Notes: generated by a model from the letters alone, not told the origin. Counted from the first letter of the stretch, positions 13,420 to 28,324 are shown. The stretch is 64,000 nucleotides of DNA from Lama glama (GCA_028534125.1 CM052817.1:84942001-85006000); one strand, 5' to 3'. A program made the numbers and translations.

Positions 13420-14330
13420 GAGAGTCTAGCCAATGAAATAACACAAGGAACAGTAACAGTAGATATAAACATTGGGAAAATCAGATGATATCATTATTTG
13501 CATATGTTATTATTGTCAGCTAGGGAAAAAAACAAAAATAATTAATCCACAGCTATAGAACCCAATAACAGGGTTTGTTAAGATGAAAACGTACAAAATC
13601 AACACACATACACACAATTATTTTTTCTTATATAGTAACAAAGTAGTTAGGAAATGCAATAGAGAAGCATGGCATTCTCAATAGCAGCAAATACTCCAGA
13701 GCAACCAAGAGTAATAGTAACAAGAGACATACAAAAATTTTAGAAAAACTGAAGACCTTTATTGATAGCCATAAAATGTCCTAAATAAATGGAGAGATGT
13801 TCTATCATTACAGATAGAATGCTTCGTTATTTTAAAGACTCCTCACATTAATCTGTAGGGTCAATTCAATTCCAAAAATATCAGAACATTACTCCTCATA
13901 GGACTTGAAAACTGATTCTAAAATTGCATTGATAATGTATCTGCAACAATAACCAAAATACCTGACATACTTAATTGTGGTCAGTAAGCATGCCCTACTA
14001 AAAATCCAAATATTTTGTAAAATTACTTAATTGTGGTGTTTATTTATGCAGTAGAACACAACTATGAGTCTAAAAATAACTCACCAAATATAAAGGAGAT
14101 CCAGTATATAATGAAGATAACCTCAATGAATGAAGAAACACAGATTAGTCTATAAATAGTATTGGGGCTACTATCCAGTATATAAAAAGCACTCATACTG
14201 GAAATTAAGGAAGTTATTAATAAAGAAATTATGAATAGCCCAACAGAAAATCGTAGAAAAGTATAACAAAATATATACAGGGATAATTATAAAGGGCAAT
14301 ATATGAAATTGAACACAATTTATGCAATAG
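13420..14330 (+). mobile_element. Decayed L1 (L1ME-like) ORF2 RT to C-terminal region
   Basis: tcattatttgcatatgttattattgtc (decayed LFADDMI motif), tacaaaatcaacac, cctaaataaatggagagatgttc. Confidence 0.75.
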
Positions 14331-15224
14331 TTAAGGAAATACAAGTTGAAGCAACAAGAAAACACAATTCTTCTGCTTAATCTTCACTACTTGTCAGGTT
14401 TTCCTCTTGTTTTGTGGCATGGACCTTCTAATTTTACCAAAGGTAAATATGCATTGCTGTTTCTAAATTCTCCTTATAGATTTGAGAAGATTTCTAAATT
14501 TGCAAGAGAAATTGCCAAGTTTATTACATCATTTTAAATTGAGAAGTCAACACATTGGTCTTGGTCTTTTCAATAGTTATATGTTACTTAAGAATTCAAT
14601 TTTTAAAAGAAAAACTGATTTATGGACTAAGAATTATGTTTAGGTAGACAATTGACTTAAGATTTAGTAATCTTAATTTGAAAGTAGGCTAGACTATAAA
14701 TACAAAAAGTTAATTATAATTTCATTCATGCAATTCCTAAAAGTTATTTCTCTAGAATTTTAAATAATTCTTTTAGGTCATATGAAATTATAATCTAGAA
14801 TAAGGAATGCATTTATAATAAAAAATTAGCTTAGTACTTCAATGTATAAAACCATTTTAGTGACAGTATAAAATTTATCTTTAGGGTTTATTAGTTATCA
14901 ATCTTTCTACATTTTAACTTAGATCTTGTTTTTATACATTTAACAATATGAAACATCTAAAGTCTCAAAACATGCATGGAAAACCCTTTATAGGTGGTTC
15001 AAAATATTCACAGAACTTTTACTTTCCTTTTAGCAGTAGCAAGTGAGCAAAACAAACTAATATAATTAAGGTTTCTGATAGTAATTGCCTTTGCCTCCAA
15101 ATAAACCATCAAGTCCCAATAAATAATTAAAACAAGCAGTCTTTCTCAAAATGTAGTAGTTTCGGAGCTGTGATAGACAATTTCTAGGGGTTATTATTAG
15201 ATTATTTTTATTATTTATTTTGTT

Positions 15225-16940
15225 ATATGCAAAAACCACATAACACGAAGTCTACCCTCTTAAATTTTTAAACATACAGTACAATATTGTAAACTGTACA
15301 CACATTAATGTGCCATAGGTCTCTAGAACTTTTTTTATATTGCATGACTGAAACTCTAGACCAATTGAACAGCAACTCCTCATTTCCCCTACTCTTCAGC
15401 CTCTGGCAGTCACCATTCTATTTTAGGCTTCTAAGGGTTTAGTACTTCAGATATTTCATATAAGTGGAATCATGTGGTACTTCTAACTTCTGTGATTGAC
15501 TTATTAAACTTAGCATAATGCCCTCATATTCATCCATGTTGTCACATACAACAGGATTTACTTTTTTTAAGGTTGACAAATATTTCATGGTATGTAAACT
15601 ACATTTTCTTTGTCCATTCATCCACCAGTGAACATTTAGGTGTTTCTACCTCTTTGCTATTGTGAACAAATGCTGCAATGAACATGAGAATGCACATATC
15701 TCTTCAAGACCCTAATTTCAATTATCTTACATAAATGCCTAAAATTGGAATTGCTGGATTATATTAAAATTCTATTTTTAATTTTTTGAGGAGCCTCCAT
15801 ACTATTTTGCATAGTGACTGCCCAGTTTTCCATTCCCATCAACAGTGCACAAAGGTTCCAGTTTCTCCACATCCTCACCAACACTTGTTATTTCTTTTTA
15901 TTTTTATATGTAATGGCCATTCTAACAGGTGGGATATAATGTCTCATTGTGGTTTTGATTTGCACTTTCCTAATGATTAATGACATTGAGCATCTTTTCA
16001 TATACCCATTGCCATTTAAATGTCTTCTTTGGAGAAATGTCTACTCAAGTCCTTTGCCCATTTTTAAATCAAGTTACTTGTTTTTGTCTTTGTTATTTTG
16101 CTAATGAGTTGTAGGAATTCCTTATACATTTGGATATTAACCACTAATCAGATGTATGGTTTGCAAATGTTTTCTCCCATTTATTAGTTATCTTTCATTC
16201 TACTGATTGTTTCTTTTGCTGTGCAGAACATTTTTAGTTTGAGGTAGTCCCATTTGTCTTTTTTTGTATCTGTTGCTTGTGCTTTTAGTGTCATATCCAA
16301 GAAATCATTGTTGAGACAAATGTTATGAAGATTTTCCCCTCTGTTTTTTCTAAGAAGTTTTACAGTTTTAGATCTTACATTTAAGTCTTTAATCCATTTT
16401 GAGCTTATTTTTATGTATAGGGACAGATAGGTGTCCACATTCATCATTTTGTATGTGGATATCCAGTTACCCCAAAACTGTTTGTTTAAGAGACTCTTCT
16501 TTTCCCATTGTGTAGTTCTGTTATCCTTGTGAAAGATCATTTGATCCTAAATGTGTCAGCTTATTTCTGGGCTCTCTACTCTGTTCCATTGATCTATATG
16601 TCTATCTTTATACCAGTACCATACTGTTTCGATTACTAGAGCTTTGAATATGTTTTGAAGTCAGAAAGTCTGAGTCTTCCAGTTTTGTTCTTTTTCAAGA
16701 TTGTTTTGACTATTTGGATTTGTGTGTGTGTGGTTCCATATGAATTTTAGAATTGTTTTCTCTATTTCTGAAAAAAAAATGCCATTGGGATTTTGATAGG
16801 GATTTCATTCAATCCCTGTAGATCACATTGGGTAGTATGGACATTTTAACAATGTTAAGTCTTCCAATTCATGAAATTGGGATGTCTTTCCATTTGTTGT
16901 GTATTCTTTAACTTCTTTCAATATTTTGTAGTGAACCATG
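15225..16940 (-). mobile_element. 5'-truncated L1 (L1MA9/L1MB-like): ORF2 C-terminal remnant plus 3' UTR
   Basis: ORF 16184-16540(-) QWEKKSLLNKQFWGNW...KISSKWIKDLNV matches L1 ORF2 QWGKDSLFNKWCWENW...KINSRWIKDLNV; 3' UTR at about 15225-15500. Confidence 0.95.
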
Positions 16941-17991
16941 TTATGTTCATTCCACCAATTTTGCATTAGTAAGTGGAAATCAACCAGACATATCCTATTC
17001 AACATAAATGATTATCCAGTATAAATTTATCTAATTCATCTGCAGTTAATCTCCTTAATATATGTTAACTCACACACCTGTTCCTTTGGAATGGTGATAA
17101 ACAATCACACTGTACCTTCATCTCTAGAAAGTTATTTGCAAAGTCCCTTGTAGGCATGGATATTCCCTCTCTCTTGCTTATGAGATTATCACTGTACATT
17201 CCATCAATTATAAGGGATCCTCATGCCCTTGAACCAAGTGGCAAACAATCAATAAGCCAACCAACCTACTGACCAAAGTTATTTATGGGCTTGGGTGATT
17301 CATTTTGAGTATCAAAAGGTATTTGATTGCTACTAATAACATATCAGGAAAGACACTATTTGAAACACAGGTGATTCTCTAGGGTACTTTGTGTTACATT
17401 CATATCATACAAGTTAGGGAATATTATCATAATCCAAAAGCATTTGAACCACTGAAGACTGATATCCTTCATGAGTACATATTTGATTCACCTTACAAGG
17501 TAGAGAATCCCAGTTAGCTGAGTTTTTGTTTCAAGACCAAGGGACCATAAAATGTGTAGAGAAAGATAAGTTTTAATTATCAACTATGTTACCTATTACA
17601 GAGCTGCTGTTATCTGAGGCCGTTTTGCCTATTTTTACTTCTTGGTGTGTATATGTACATCTTCTTCCCTCTCTCCCTTTTTCTTATTTTATTTAATGAT
17701 GTTGTTCATGGTTACCTTTAAAATAACCTTTAGTTTTCAGAATATTTAGATGTGAATGTGGCTGAATTTGAGGAATAATGAACATTGCCAAAAGATGGGT
17801 ACCATACCTATCATTCAGAAATGAATTCAATGGTTGTTAGGAGTTTTTGTCTCCCATTTTTAGACTGACCTTGATTGTATGAAGTAGAGTTTCATCTTGT
17901 ACAGTGAAAGTATTACTTTGTTGTAGTTATACTGAAGGTTAAATATATGAGGAGGAGTGTTTATAGATGCTGAGTAACTAAAAGAGTTAAC

Positions 17992-18755
17992 TGTCTCAGT
18001 TATCAAACTATTGTTCCTTGGCTCCCAACCCTTTCTGTATTTTGCTGTGTGATGGTGGGCTTGGACTCTGCAAGCTACAGTTTGTCATTGCCAACTGGCT
18101 TTTCTTTGATTCTTCCAATGGGATAGAATAAGGAAGTTGAAAGACAAGAAAGGAGAGAAGCGAGTTACTCCTTCCTATTTAAATGTTCATGTTGGCATGC
18201 TCCAGCAATTAATTTTTACCAAAAACAGCAGAGATTATTTCCAGCAGTAGTTGCTTACAATTTCTGCCTATTCTCACACTTGCCAGAGCCATCCACATCT
18301 TTCAACCTCTGAAGCTTCAACCCATAATCACACTACCTTTTCCTCAGAGGGCTGCATCTCTACCTCCCAAATCCCCCCTCAAAACACCAGAGATAACTAC
18401 TACCTTTGTACAGTACTTGCTTCTCAGAGATAAAGGTCTCAATTCTGAGGTCCTTCTTTTAAGCTTCTGAAATAACACCAGAAACTTGGTAATGTCTTTC
18501 CTCAAAGGTCTGAGTCCAGTTCCATGAGACCCTTTCTCCGACCTTCTGCAAGCTTCTTAAGTTCAGACAATGTTAACTTTTTCTTTTAGTCTCTCAGCCC
18601 TAAGGAGAGTAGCTGCTTTCTGTACATATTACCTACATCTCACCTAGTATTTTTTGCTCTTTTGTTTCTCTTACCTGTACATACAACTATCTAGAACAAA
18701 TGATTTGTTAAAAAAAAGTAGATTTTTTTCTTTCAATGGACACTGATTATTATAA
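17992..18755 (+). mobile_element. ERVL solo LTR (LTR33/LTR41-like)
   Basis: Starts tgtctcagttatc...ctcccaaccctttctgtattttgctgtgtgatggtgggcttggactctgcaagctaca and ends ggacactgat; about 760 bp. Confidence 0.7.
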
Positions 18756-21700
18756 TTAGTTACTGAGAAGAGTATGTTCAGTCTTTTACTATGTTTGCAG
18801 ATTTGTCTTTCAATTCTGCAATTTTAATATTGGTCCAATGTAATTTTGCACACATGCATTTAGACTTGTTTATATTTTTCTATTCTCTTACATTCAAATT
18901 TTCTGTATCTTCACATATGAGGGCTTTGAAAAATTTTTAATTTTTATTATTTTCTCTCATTTCAATTAGTGTTGAGACAGGAAGGAGATAAACATGGTTA
19001 CCAGTCTTTGATCTTGGAATTAAATCCCAACTTAATTTTTTTAATACCACTTCCCACCATGTAATTAAAGTAATAATTACGATTCTATAGTTATTAGAAG
19101 AAAATTTAATTGCATTAAACTTCAATTTATTTTGTAATTTATTTTTTTGTTACTTGGCAATTTATTGTGGGGAAAACACTGTAGTTATGGATAAATAAAC
19201 CTTTTAATAATTGATTCTTCTAATCAAAATTTCTGAAGTAATAGTATTTTTTATCTTGGAAATTGATTGTTTCTGTTTCAGGAATAAAGGACGAATAAGC
19301 AATCTAGGGCCTAGGAATTGGATTATTCTCATAAAAGATTCTTATATGAGCTTCATAGATCAAGGATCCCATCTGTTATTTTATAAACTGAATGGACAGA
19401 AAGATGAATGTTTAAAAACACTTTTTAACAATAAGAACTTAAGCTTAACATTACATTATACTTCATTTTTATATTTCAGTGATTGTATATTTCCTTTCTG
19501 AACTTAAATTACACATTAAACATTGGCAATGACATTCGGTTTTAAAAATAATAACCCTTTTCTTTTCAAAGATAGAATATAAGTGTTTCTATCAGTTAGA
19601 TAATTGGATTTTAGTTTCCACCTCTGGGCATGGGCAAGGATTTGACACTTTTTTTTTTTTCCAATTTTGCGTAGAGAAGAGAGCAGCTCCATGAAAAGTG
19701 ATAACAAAGATAATAGTGCGGTGCTGGTTGGGAGGAGGCATTTTCTTTTTCAGAAATCAATAGGAAAAGAGAGTGATCCTGTTTTTCACCTGAGGCAAAT
19801 CACCATTACAGAGCAGAAGAGTGCTCCTCTGGCAGGGGCAGCAGAGACAGGTACCCTATCAGCTGCTATTCAAGGTTAGGAGCAATACCTAACACTGGGG
19901 AGAGGCTAATTAAATTAATTCTATGGGAAAGTGACAAGATGACTGAGTGCAATCTGAGGGCCCCAAAGCCTTTCCCTTTCCCCTCCACTTTCAGTATTGT
20001 TCTGTCTCCTCTTCAGCATCTCACTCACATACTTAATACCTGGTATGTGATTCCTGCTTCCTTTCTGTCTTCTTGTTTAAGCTGCAATGTGAATATTTGG
20101 CTTGTACTATGACTGATGAGTGCAGCAGGAAAGAGATGTAATTGCTTTGACTGTGCAGCAGTAAATGGATACTCCCTTTGGAAACTCAACTTGCTTCATT
20201 TAGACCCAAACATGCCAGGCAGATGCAGATGATCAATTCACAGCATATGATACAAGTGAATATCTTTCTCTTTTATGTTCTGTTTTTAATGTAATAGCAA
20301 GCTAACATCTGTTGTTCTGAGCATCGCAGATCTGTTCTTTTCTGTGTAAAGGTTTGCTGAGCATTGATATTTTACTAAGAGTAGGATGTGTATGACAATT
20401 AGACTACACCATGTTTTTATGTCAAATTCAAATGGCTTTGGAAAGGTCACTGTTGTGTGTGTGTGACCTACTGAGCTGTATTATTATGATATATGTAGTT
20501 ACAAAGCTAAACTATTTTAACTGCTAACGTTCCAGGAAATGGATAAAGGCAAAAAGAAGAGAAAAAAGGTAACTAGTTTTTAAGGGATAATTCTGTATTG
20601 TCAGTAACATCTCATACATTCTTTGAATCTGCTCTTTACAGAACATTTTTGCTCCAGATAAGACACGGTACTCAACACTCTATTAATGAATACATGCTGT
20701 GATATTATTTGGTGTATCTGTAAACCTTTTCTAGCCACCAAGATCGACCTATGAGTGGAAAGCCATAATATTAGAATCTTTCTCTGAACTGTAGTCATAA
20801 GGTAGCAAGGTTCCTAAGTGCAGTAAATATTAGAATAAATATAATAGGAAAACTCAAAGAGTTTACAATTTTTTCACTTTAACATGACTAATACTATTTT
20901 AAGGTTAAATTAGCTCATACATTTTGATAGTGGTACAAATAAGTCTACATAAGTTACATTGGTTATTTTTCTGTTGGAAAACTGGTTGCAGGACTCATCT
21001 TCATGCTGTGCTGGCATTAATATTGCTGGCTGCAAAAGGGACGTGGTGAATCACTGTGACTTAGGCTTACATAGCATCACATTTAGAAAATCCAATTCAA
21101 TGTGCATCTTCTGCATATTCCATGTGCTATTATTTTTTTAAATCAAATAATAGAGAAAAAACAAGTACACCTGAATATAAAATAAGACAATAATAACAAT
21201 AATTCTGTTATTCTGGGTTCTAATATTTTATCTCAACTGAAAACTTTCAAATTTTGAAGCCTATTTAAGACAGACATTATTTTGAAAGGTATAATAAATG
21301 ATATATCTTTCATTTGCAAGGAAAAAACTATTACTCAATAGGAATTTTTAAAAATGGGACCTCTCAATAGTTATAATGCCCAAAGCTGTGGCTTTGAGTA
21401 TTATGTCCTGTTCTTAGTCCACTTTTCAACCCTACAGTTCAATAGCTGTTTGCTAAAAATTCTTTTTTATCTAATAGCATATGTGTAGGGTACACATATA
21501 TGTACATACTCATATACTCAGGAGAATTGTAAATTATAAACTTTATAAAGAAGTTGGAGAATTAACCTAAACAAGAAGAAGTTAAAAGATTGACTATTTG
21601 CTTGATTTAATCAGCAAAAGGAAGCAACTGTTATGTCATAGTATAAAATAATAATAATAAAAAAAGTCTAGAATATGGCACTGTATAACTGAGATTTAGA

Positions 21701-23611
21701 AAAAGCTATCAAGCATTCCTGTTGAGAATGATTGGACCTATCAAGATATAAAAGAGCAGCTGGGGACATTTGAAGTGGCGATTTATATTTTGTGCAACCC
21801 TAGCCAGAGACGTGAGCAGCAGCATGAAATAGTAAAAAGATGTTTAAACCAAGCCAGGATGCTCAAAAAGCTATCAAAAAGACATATTAGTACAAAATGG
21901 GTATCTTAATATTATTAAAGATAACAGCTGTTTGAGATATTTACAATTTCAGTTAATAGTTATTCAAAAAATGAGAAATAGCACTTAATATTTACATTAC
22001 TTTTATTTAAATTAATTTGGAAATATGTAATTAGTGCATATTATACTGATTTATGTTTTGAAGATGATCCACAGTTGAAAATAGAAATTATAGCATTGTG
22101 TAACTTAATATTTATTTAGTTGACAAGTGCTCTGTTTTAGCAGATCATCTTCATATGGGATAAATAACACCCAGTGTGCGTCAAGGGACAGGGTGGTGGG
22201 AGCAAGGGAATCCTTAGTTTTAAAAGTATTTACCTATGCGGAGTGGTAGAAATTAATGCCCACTGTGGTAATTCAGTTTGAAGAATACATAAATACTTTA
22301 TCTCTGTGTATTCTTCTCAAATGCAAAACCAAATTTATGAACATACCAGAAAGAATACTTTCCATTAGGGTACTCAAACTCTACTCTGTTTGCACTGTAT
22401 TCAAATGTTTCATATATTAAGTACCCAAGTTGCTGTCTAGAACTTATAGGGTCATTTAATAAGTATTTCCATAGTTGCTTTGAAATGTGCAATTCTTTTT
22501 TCTTCAATGTGAGCTAAATATTGTGTATGAATAATTATGTTAGCTCTAATTCTGCTTTTACAAATGATAATCTGAAAAAAATAGGTAATTGAAAACTTTC
22601 AAAACATCAAATTATTATGTACAATTAGTATCTGATTTGCTAAAACTTCAGCTATGGTGTATTCAAAACAACCTTTTATACTCCTGATTTCAAAGTGGAT
22701 CATACTTGGAATCATTTCTTCCATTACTCTGCTTGTTGGTATTCCTGCAGAATAACTGTGTAGGCATCTAATTATTTTATCAATTATGAAGTAGAAGATA
22801 GAAATAAATTGAAATAACTTTTTAATTTTAAAGATTCTGTCTTTTTCTATTAATTGTTGTCTGCGCTAGAATGTGAAAGCATCCTAGTCTGTATCACTCT
22901 GTAGTTCAGAGATTTTTTAACCTGCTCTCCATCATGACATAGAATATATCTGACTGATGAATTTGTAAACTGGGGGTGAGGGCTGCTCTCCAGGGCAGAA
23001 CCTGTATCATCAGTCCCTTTTTTCCCCCATTAAAGAAAGCAAATTGAATGCAACCAAGGAAGGGTGATGTATAAGAGTAACCTTGAGCCATGCTAAAACA
23101 ACATTTGATAGTAAATTATCTTACACATTTTGGCAGTTTTAGTATTTTTGGGGACAGATTATTTATGGCATACCATTGCATTATGACACTGGATGAGAAG
23201 ATCTGATAAAATTGTCTGTGGATTTTCCTTTGACATTCCTATGTCACTTTTGATTCTTGGGTGCTGTAGTTAGATGGTGGTATACCTTCTAATTTAAAAT
23301 AATGGTCAGACACACATTTGAAATGGCCTGGTCAGCCAGAATATGCTGCTGTCAGAATACTTCCTCTGAAAGATTCCTTTTTATTGTCCACTTAGGTAAC
23401 ATTTAAATCACTGTTGCTTTTCTGAAGGTTGCCCAAGATTCCTTCAAAAGTGAACATGGGTCTCAAAGATCTATTATTAACAGAAAGAATTTAAATAGTA
23501 CCAAATGTATAGAGTAACTGCAATTGAGTTGAATAAATTCTAAGAATTCGTGACCTTGGAAGAGTCATAGTCTATTGTAAGTAAACATAATTTAAGGTAT
23601 GACACAAAGTG

Positions 23612-24053
23612 TGTCCTGGAGGAGGTCATCAAGAACACTTCATGGCTGGTTGACCCTCCAGCTGGACCCAGGCAACTGGACCCAGGACACCCTCCCCTGT
23701 CCTTGAAATGTAAGCTCTACCTACTGTTCCCACAGTGGAAACTTCCAAGGACATAGCCTTGAAGGAGTAAAGTGTTGTTGAGACCATCTGTGCTGCATAT
23801 GTGACTGAACCCAGTTAAGGCTTCTAGATAAACTTTTAAGATTCCGGTGGGCAGCTGTGAAGATCTACTCATCATATGACCATCCAAGACAAGCCTCATG
23901 TGACCATCCAGGAGCATCCTTGCTTATTAAACCTGACACCAGACACCCATCAATCTAGAGTGGTCTGCCTCTTTCACTAGTCCCTCCTTACCCTCTATAT
24001 GTGGGGCCAGTTTCAGAGTTCACCTGGGGAACTCCTGAAGTTGTGAACCGACA
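23612..24053 (+). mobile_element. ERVL-class solo LTR (MER54/MER73/MER74-like)
   Basis: GC-richer block with TG...CA ends, ccaaggacatagccttga motif and attaaa polyA signal; TSD not clean. Confidence 0.7.
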
Positions 24054-24424
24054 TTGTGCTTCAGGAGTGCAAGTAATTTTTATATTTAATAACTATTTTT
24101 CTGTTGTGTAAAATTTTCTACAAAATTTGAATTCTAAGAATTGATAAGCAAATACTATTTTTCTTCATAAAAATAACAGCTCACCCTCAAGTTTACCATC
24201 AGAAAGGACAGCTCCATTTTTTTCAGAACCTTGAGATTGGCTTTCTCATTGGGGTTCTGCCTGTAATTATGTCTTTCTCTATTATAGAGCTAGCATTAGA
24301 GCTGATGGGTAAGAAAAATGAAAGTGAGAATGAGAGGGTGCATAGGCCAGTCACTCTCTTCCTTTATTTATATTAGCGTTAATGAAGATGAGGATGCTAA
24401 TAACATTGAAGGAATTAACTTATA

Positions 24425-24615
24425 TTCATTGGTTGCTTACTGTGGGTCAAATGCTCTAAAGACATGATTTCTTTTTATCCTTATAACAACCCAATAGGTT
24501 GGGCATTCTCATTTACATTTTGCAGATGAGAAAATAGAGATTTAGAGAGTTTGCTTGATTTTCCCAGCATCACAGAGATAAATATGAATTACCAAACCAA
24601 GATTAAACTCTAATA
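24425..24615 (-). mobile_element. MIR SINE
   Basis: atccttataacaaccc...cattttgcagatgagaaaatagag core. Confidence 0.8.
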
Positions 24616-24734
24616 CTTCAATTTAAAACCAAAAATTATAATGATGTATATGTAATATATATTAAGAAACAAAACAAAGGCTAGATGTATTTTTGAAAGG
24701 GAAAGAAATCCATGTGTTAATAATGATATAGATC

Positions 24735-24985
24735 TACCTTTCCCAAATTGTATAACAGAGAATATTAACAGGTATTTTGTAAAATATGTCAGTGAAAAAG
24801 AGTTCTATGTTTCAATAAGATTGGGGAACATAGCTTGAATAAAGTTATACTAGTTTATTACTTGATTTTTCAGAACATTTACTATGTGTATCTCCAAGAG
24901 CAGACTATATTATGTAGCATTTCCTGGACTTTTTGTGAATTTAACTTTTTCCGTTGAGCAACTTGCTTTGGGAACTAATCTAAGT
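24735..24985. mobile_element. hAT-Charlie non-autonomous element (MER112-like)
   Basis: tttcccaaa...tttgggaa inverted ends; internal atctccaagag and aataagattggggaaca. Confidence 0.5.
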
Positions 24986-25029
24986 AAAATCTGATTTACA
25001 GGGTAAATTTGTCATTTTATATTTTCAGA

Positions 25030-27190
25030 ATGATTTTGACCATCCTAATAGTTCTCTAGCAGTAGAACATTTTTGTTTCAATTTGTGTTTCCTAATGGTG
25101 AATGGGTTGAGCATGCTGTTCACCATCTACTTGTGCTCCTTGGTGTGGTATTTGTTCGGCTATTTTTTTTTTTTTTTGGCAACTGGCAATTAATTGACTA
25201 ACACATTTTAATCATTTCTGTTTGTTGTTCTATAAACAGTCAAGGAATGGAAATTCTTCCATTATCTCCCCTCTGCTTTTTAATCTCCCCTATTCCCTAA
25301 CACATTCCAAAGTGTGGATATTGATCATGTAAGTGGCAATTATTGTTTTTCCATCCTAATAAAAGAGGAATAGCAATTTGTAGTATTTAAAAATGCACCA
25401 TGTTTGCTCATTTCTTATTGCTCTTTGTAGAGATTTAAAACTTTCCTGTATTTCAATACAAGTCATTTGTGAGATACGTATTTGCAAATACTTTCTCATA
25501 GTAGGTGACGTCTCTTTTCACTCTCTTAGCAATAAAGGTTTTAATTTTAATAGTGTTCAACTAGTCAGTTTTTCTTATCGCTGATCACACTTTTAATGTT
25601 GCATCTAAAAACTTTTCACCAAAACAAGGTCATGGATATTTTCTGTTTTTTAAATACAAGTTTTGCAATTTTACATTTTACATTTAGATCATTGATTTAT
25701 TTTTATTTTTCTGTAGTTTTAGGATCATGTCTAGATTTATATTTTGCTTTGAACATCCAGTAATATTTGCTGAAAAGATTATTCTTTTCCATTGAATGCT
25801 TTTGCATCCTTTAAAAAAAAAATCAATGGACTGCCTTTTGGTGGGTCTGTTTCTGGGCTCTCTATTCATTCCGTTGATCTTTATAATATATATTCTTTCA
25901 CCAGTATCATTCTGTCTTCATTATTGTCTTCTAGTAAGATTTCAAATTAGATGCTGTGATCCTTCCAACTTTCTTCTACTTCAGATAGTATTGGTTATTC
26001 TGGAGTGTTTAACTTCCATACAAACTTTTGAATCAGCTTGTTGATATGTAAAAAAACAGCTTGTTGGGATTTTGATTGGGGTTACATGGACTGTATAGGT
26101 CAAGTTGGGAAAAATTGGCATCTCAACAATATTAAGTCTCTCATATGTGAACACAGAATATCTCTTGATTTATCTAGAGCTTTGATTTTTTCATCAATGC
26201 TTTGTATTTTTTTCATAGATATAGCCTATATATATTAGATTTTTGTCTAAGTACTTCAGTTTTTTTTATTGCTGTTGTAAATGGTATCAGTATGAAATTC
26301 CACTTGATTTTTGTGTATACAATTTGATGTTGTATCTTGCTGCCTTGCTCTACCTGCTAGGAGGTTCTAATAGGTTTTATTTTTCCCTCTTTTGGTGGAT
26401 TTTTAAGTATTTTCTAAATAGGCAATTGTATCATCTGTGACTAAAGAATTTTTTTCTTGTTTTCTGAACTTTATATAATTTGTGTCTTTTTCTTGTCCTA
26501 CTGCACTAGTATTGGATTTCCAGTACAATGTTGAATAGGAGAGATGAAAGGGAATATGATTGCCTTATTCCTGATGTTAGGGGGAAGATGTTTACTCTCT
26601 CCCTACTAAGTATGATGTTAGCTATAGAGCTCTAGGAAAAATGCTATTATTCATTCTCGAAATGCTTAAAAATTTTTTTTGCAATTTAATCAATGTGAGA
26701 ATATTCAAGTTATCTATTTATCCCTGTATGAGTTGGGAGAATTAGTGTCTTAAAAGGAAGTGATCCATTTCATCTAAGTTATCACATTTGTGGGTATAGT
26801 TATTCATAGTATTCCTTTGATTATCCTTTTGATTTTTTCACCTTCTATAGTGGTATTCCCTGTTTCCTTACTGATATTTGTAATTTATGTGTTTTTAATT
26901 TTTTTCATAGATTGCCTGGCTAGGGGTTTATCAATTTTATTGATCTTTTCAAACAACAAGTTTGCTTTTGTTGATTTTTCAATTGTTTTCTTATTTTCAA
27001 TCTTATTGGATTTCAGCTATAACTTTTATTATTTTTTTCTGCTTCTTTCAAGCTTAAATTGCTTTTCCTTCTCTAGTGTCTTATGCTGGAATCTTGGGTT
27101 ATTAACTTTAATTGATTTATTTTCTAACATATGCATTTAATGCTATAAATTTCACTCCAAGTAATGCTCTTGCTGTATCTTGCAATTTAA
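25030..27190 (-). mobile_element. Old L1 (L1MC/ME-like) ORF2 remnants with internal deletions
   Basis: ORF 25684-25869(-) NREPRNRP...KSIQWKRIIF; cagtacaatgttgaatagga and ccttattcctgatgttagggggaag of the RT region. Confidence 0.85.
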
Positions 27191-27194
27191 AAAA

Positions 27195-28324
27195 ATCTAC
27201 TGAAGTAAAATAAACATAACATGAAATTTACCATTTTAGCCATTGTTAAGTGTATAATTAATTCAGTGACATTAAGTACCTTCACATCATTGTGTAATTA
27301 ATACTACTGTTTATCTTTAGAACTTTTTATCATCCCAAACTGAAACTTTATAACCATTAAACAAGTCCCCCTTATTCCCTCCTCTAGCCCCCGCTGGAAA
27401 CCACTATTCTCTTTTTCCTTGCTATAAATTTGACTATTCTAGGTACTTCACAGAAGAGGAATCATACAATATTTATTTTTTGTATTTGGCCTATTTTACT
27501 TAGAATATTGTTCTGCTTAAGGTTCATGTATTTTGTAGGTTTTATAAAATTCACTTTTAAGAGTGAATAACATTTCATTGCATATTTATATCACATTTTA
27601 TTTATTCATTCATCTATAGATGAACATTTGAGCTATTTCCACCTCTTGGCTTTGTGAATACTGCTGCTTTGAGCAGGATGTACAAATATCTAGTTGAGTC
27701 CCTGCTTTCATTTTCTGGGGGTTCAGTTGGAATGCTGGTACATATAGTAGTATTATACTTAATTTTTTAGAGAAATGACATTCTCTTTTCCACAGTAACT
27801 GTATCATTTTTCACCCCCACCAGCAATGCACAAGAGTTCCAATATCTCTACATCTTCACTGACACTTGTTTTCAGTTTAAAAAAAAATAACCATCCTAAT
27901 ACACGTGAAATGGAAGCACTACCTCATTGTGGTTTTTATTTACATTTCTTTAATGATTACTGATGTTGAACATCTTTTCATGTGCTATTGGCCATTTGCA
28001 TATCTTCTTTGAAAAATATCTATTCAAGTCCTTTTCCTTTTTTTTAAAATTGGGTTGTTTTTTATTTTTCTACTTGAGTTTTGGGAGTTATTTATAAATT
28101 CTGGATATTAATCCATTATCAGATATATGATTTAAAAATATATTCTCCTATTCTGTTGAGCATCTTTTCACTTTGTTGATAGTGTATTTGGTTTCACCAA
28201 AGTCTTTAATTTTGATGAAGTCCAATTTATCTGTTTTATTCTTTTGCTGCCTATGTTTTTGATATCATTTCCAAAAGTATTGCTCAATCCAATGTTGGAG
28301 TTTTTTCCTCTATTTTCTTCTAGG
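27195..28324 (-). mobile_element. L1MB-like 3' end nested in the older L1
   Basis: cataacatgaaatttaccattttagccatt 3' terminus; ORF 27610-27807(-) IQLLWK...KKLSIILLY resembles the ORF2 C-terminus. Confidence 0.9.

Noticed and set aside
21479..21499. Short palindromes with 8-9 bp arms (also 49341-49358 and 53650-53666)
   Set aside because: Expected by chance in 64 kb of AT-rich DNA.
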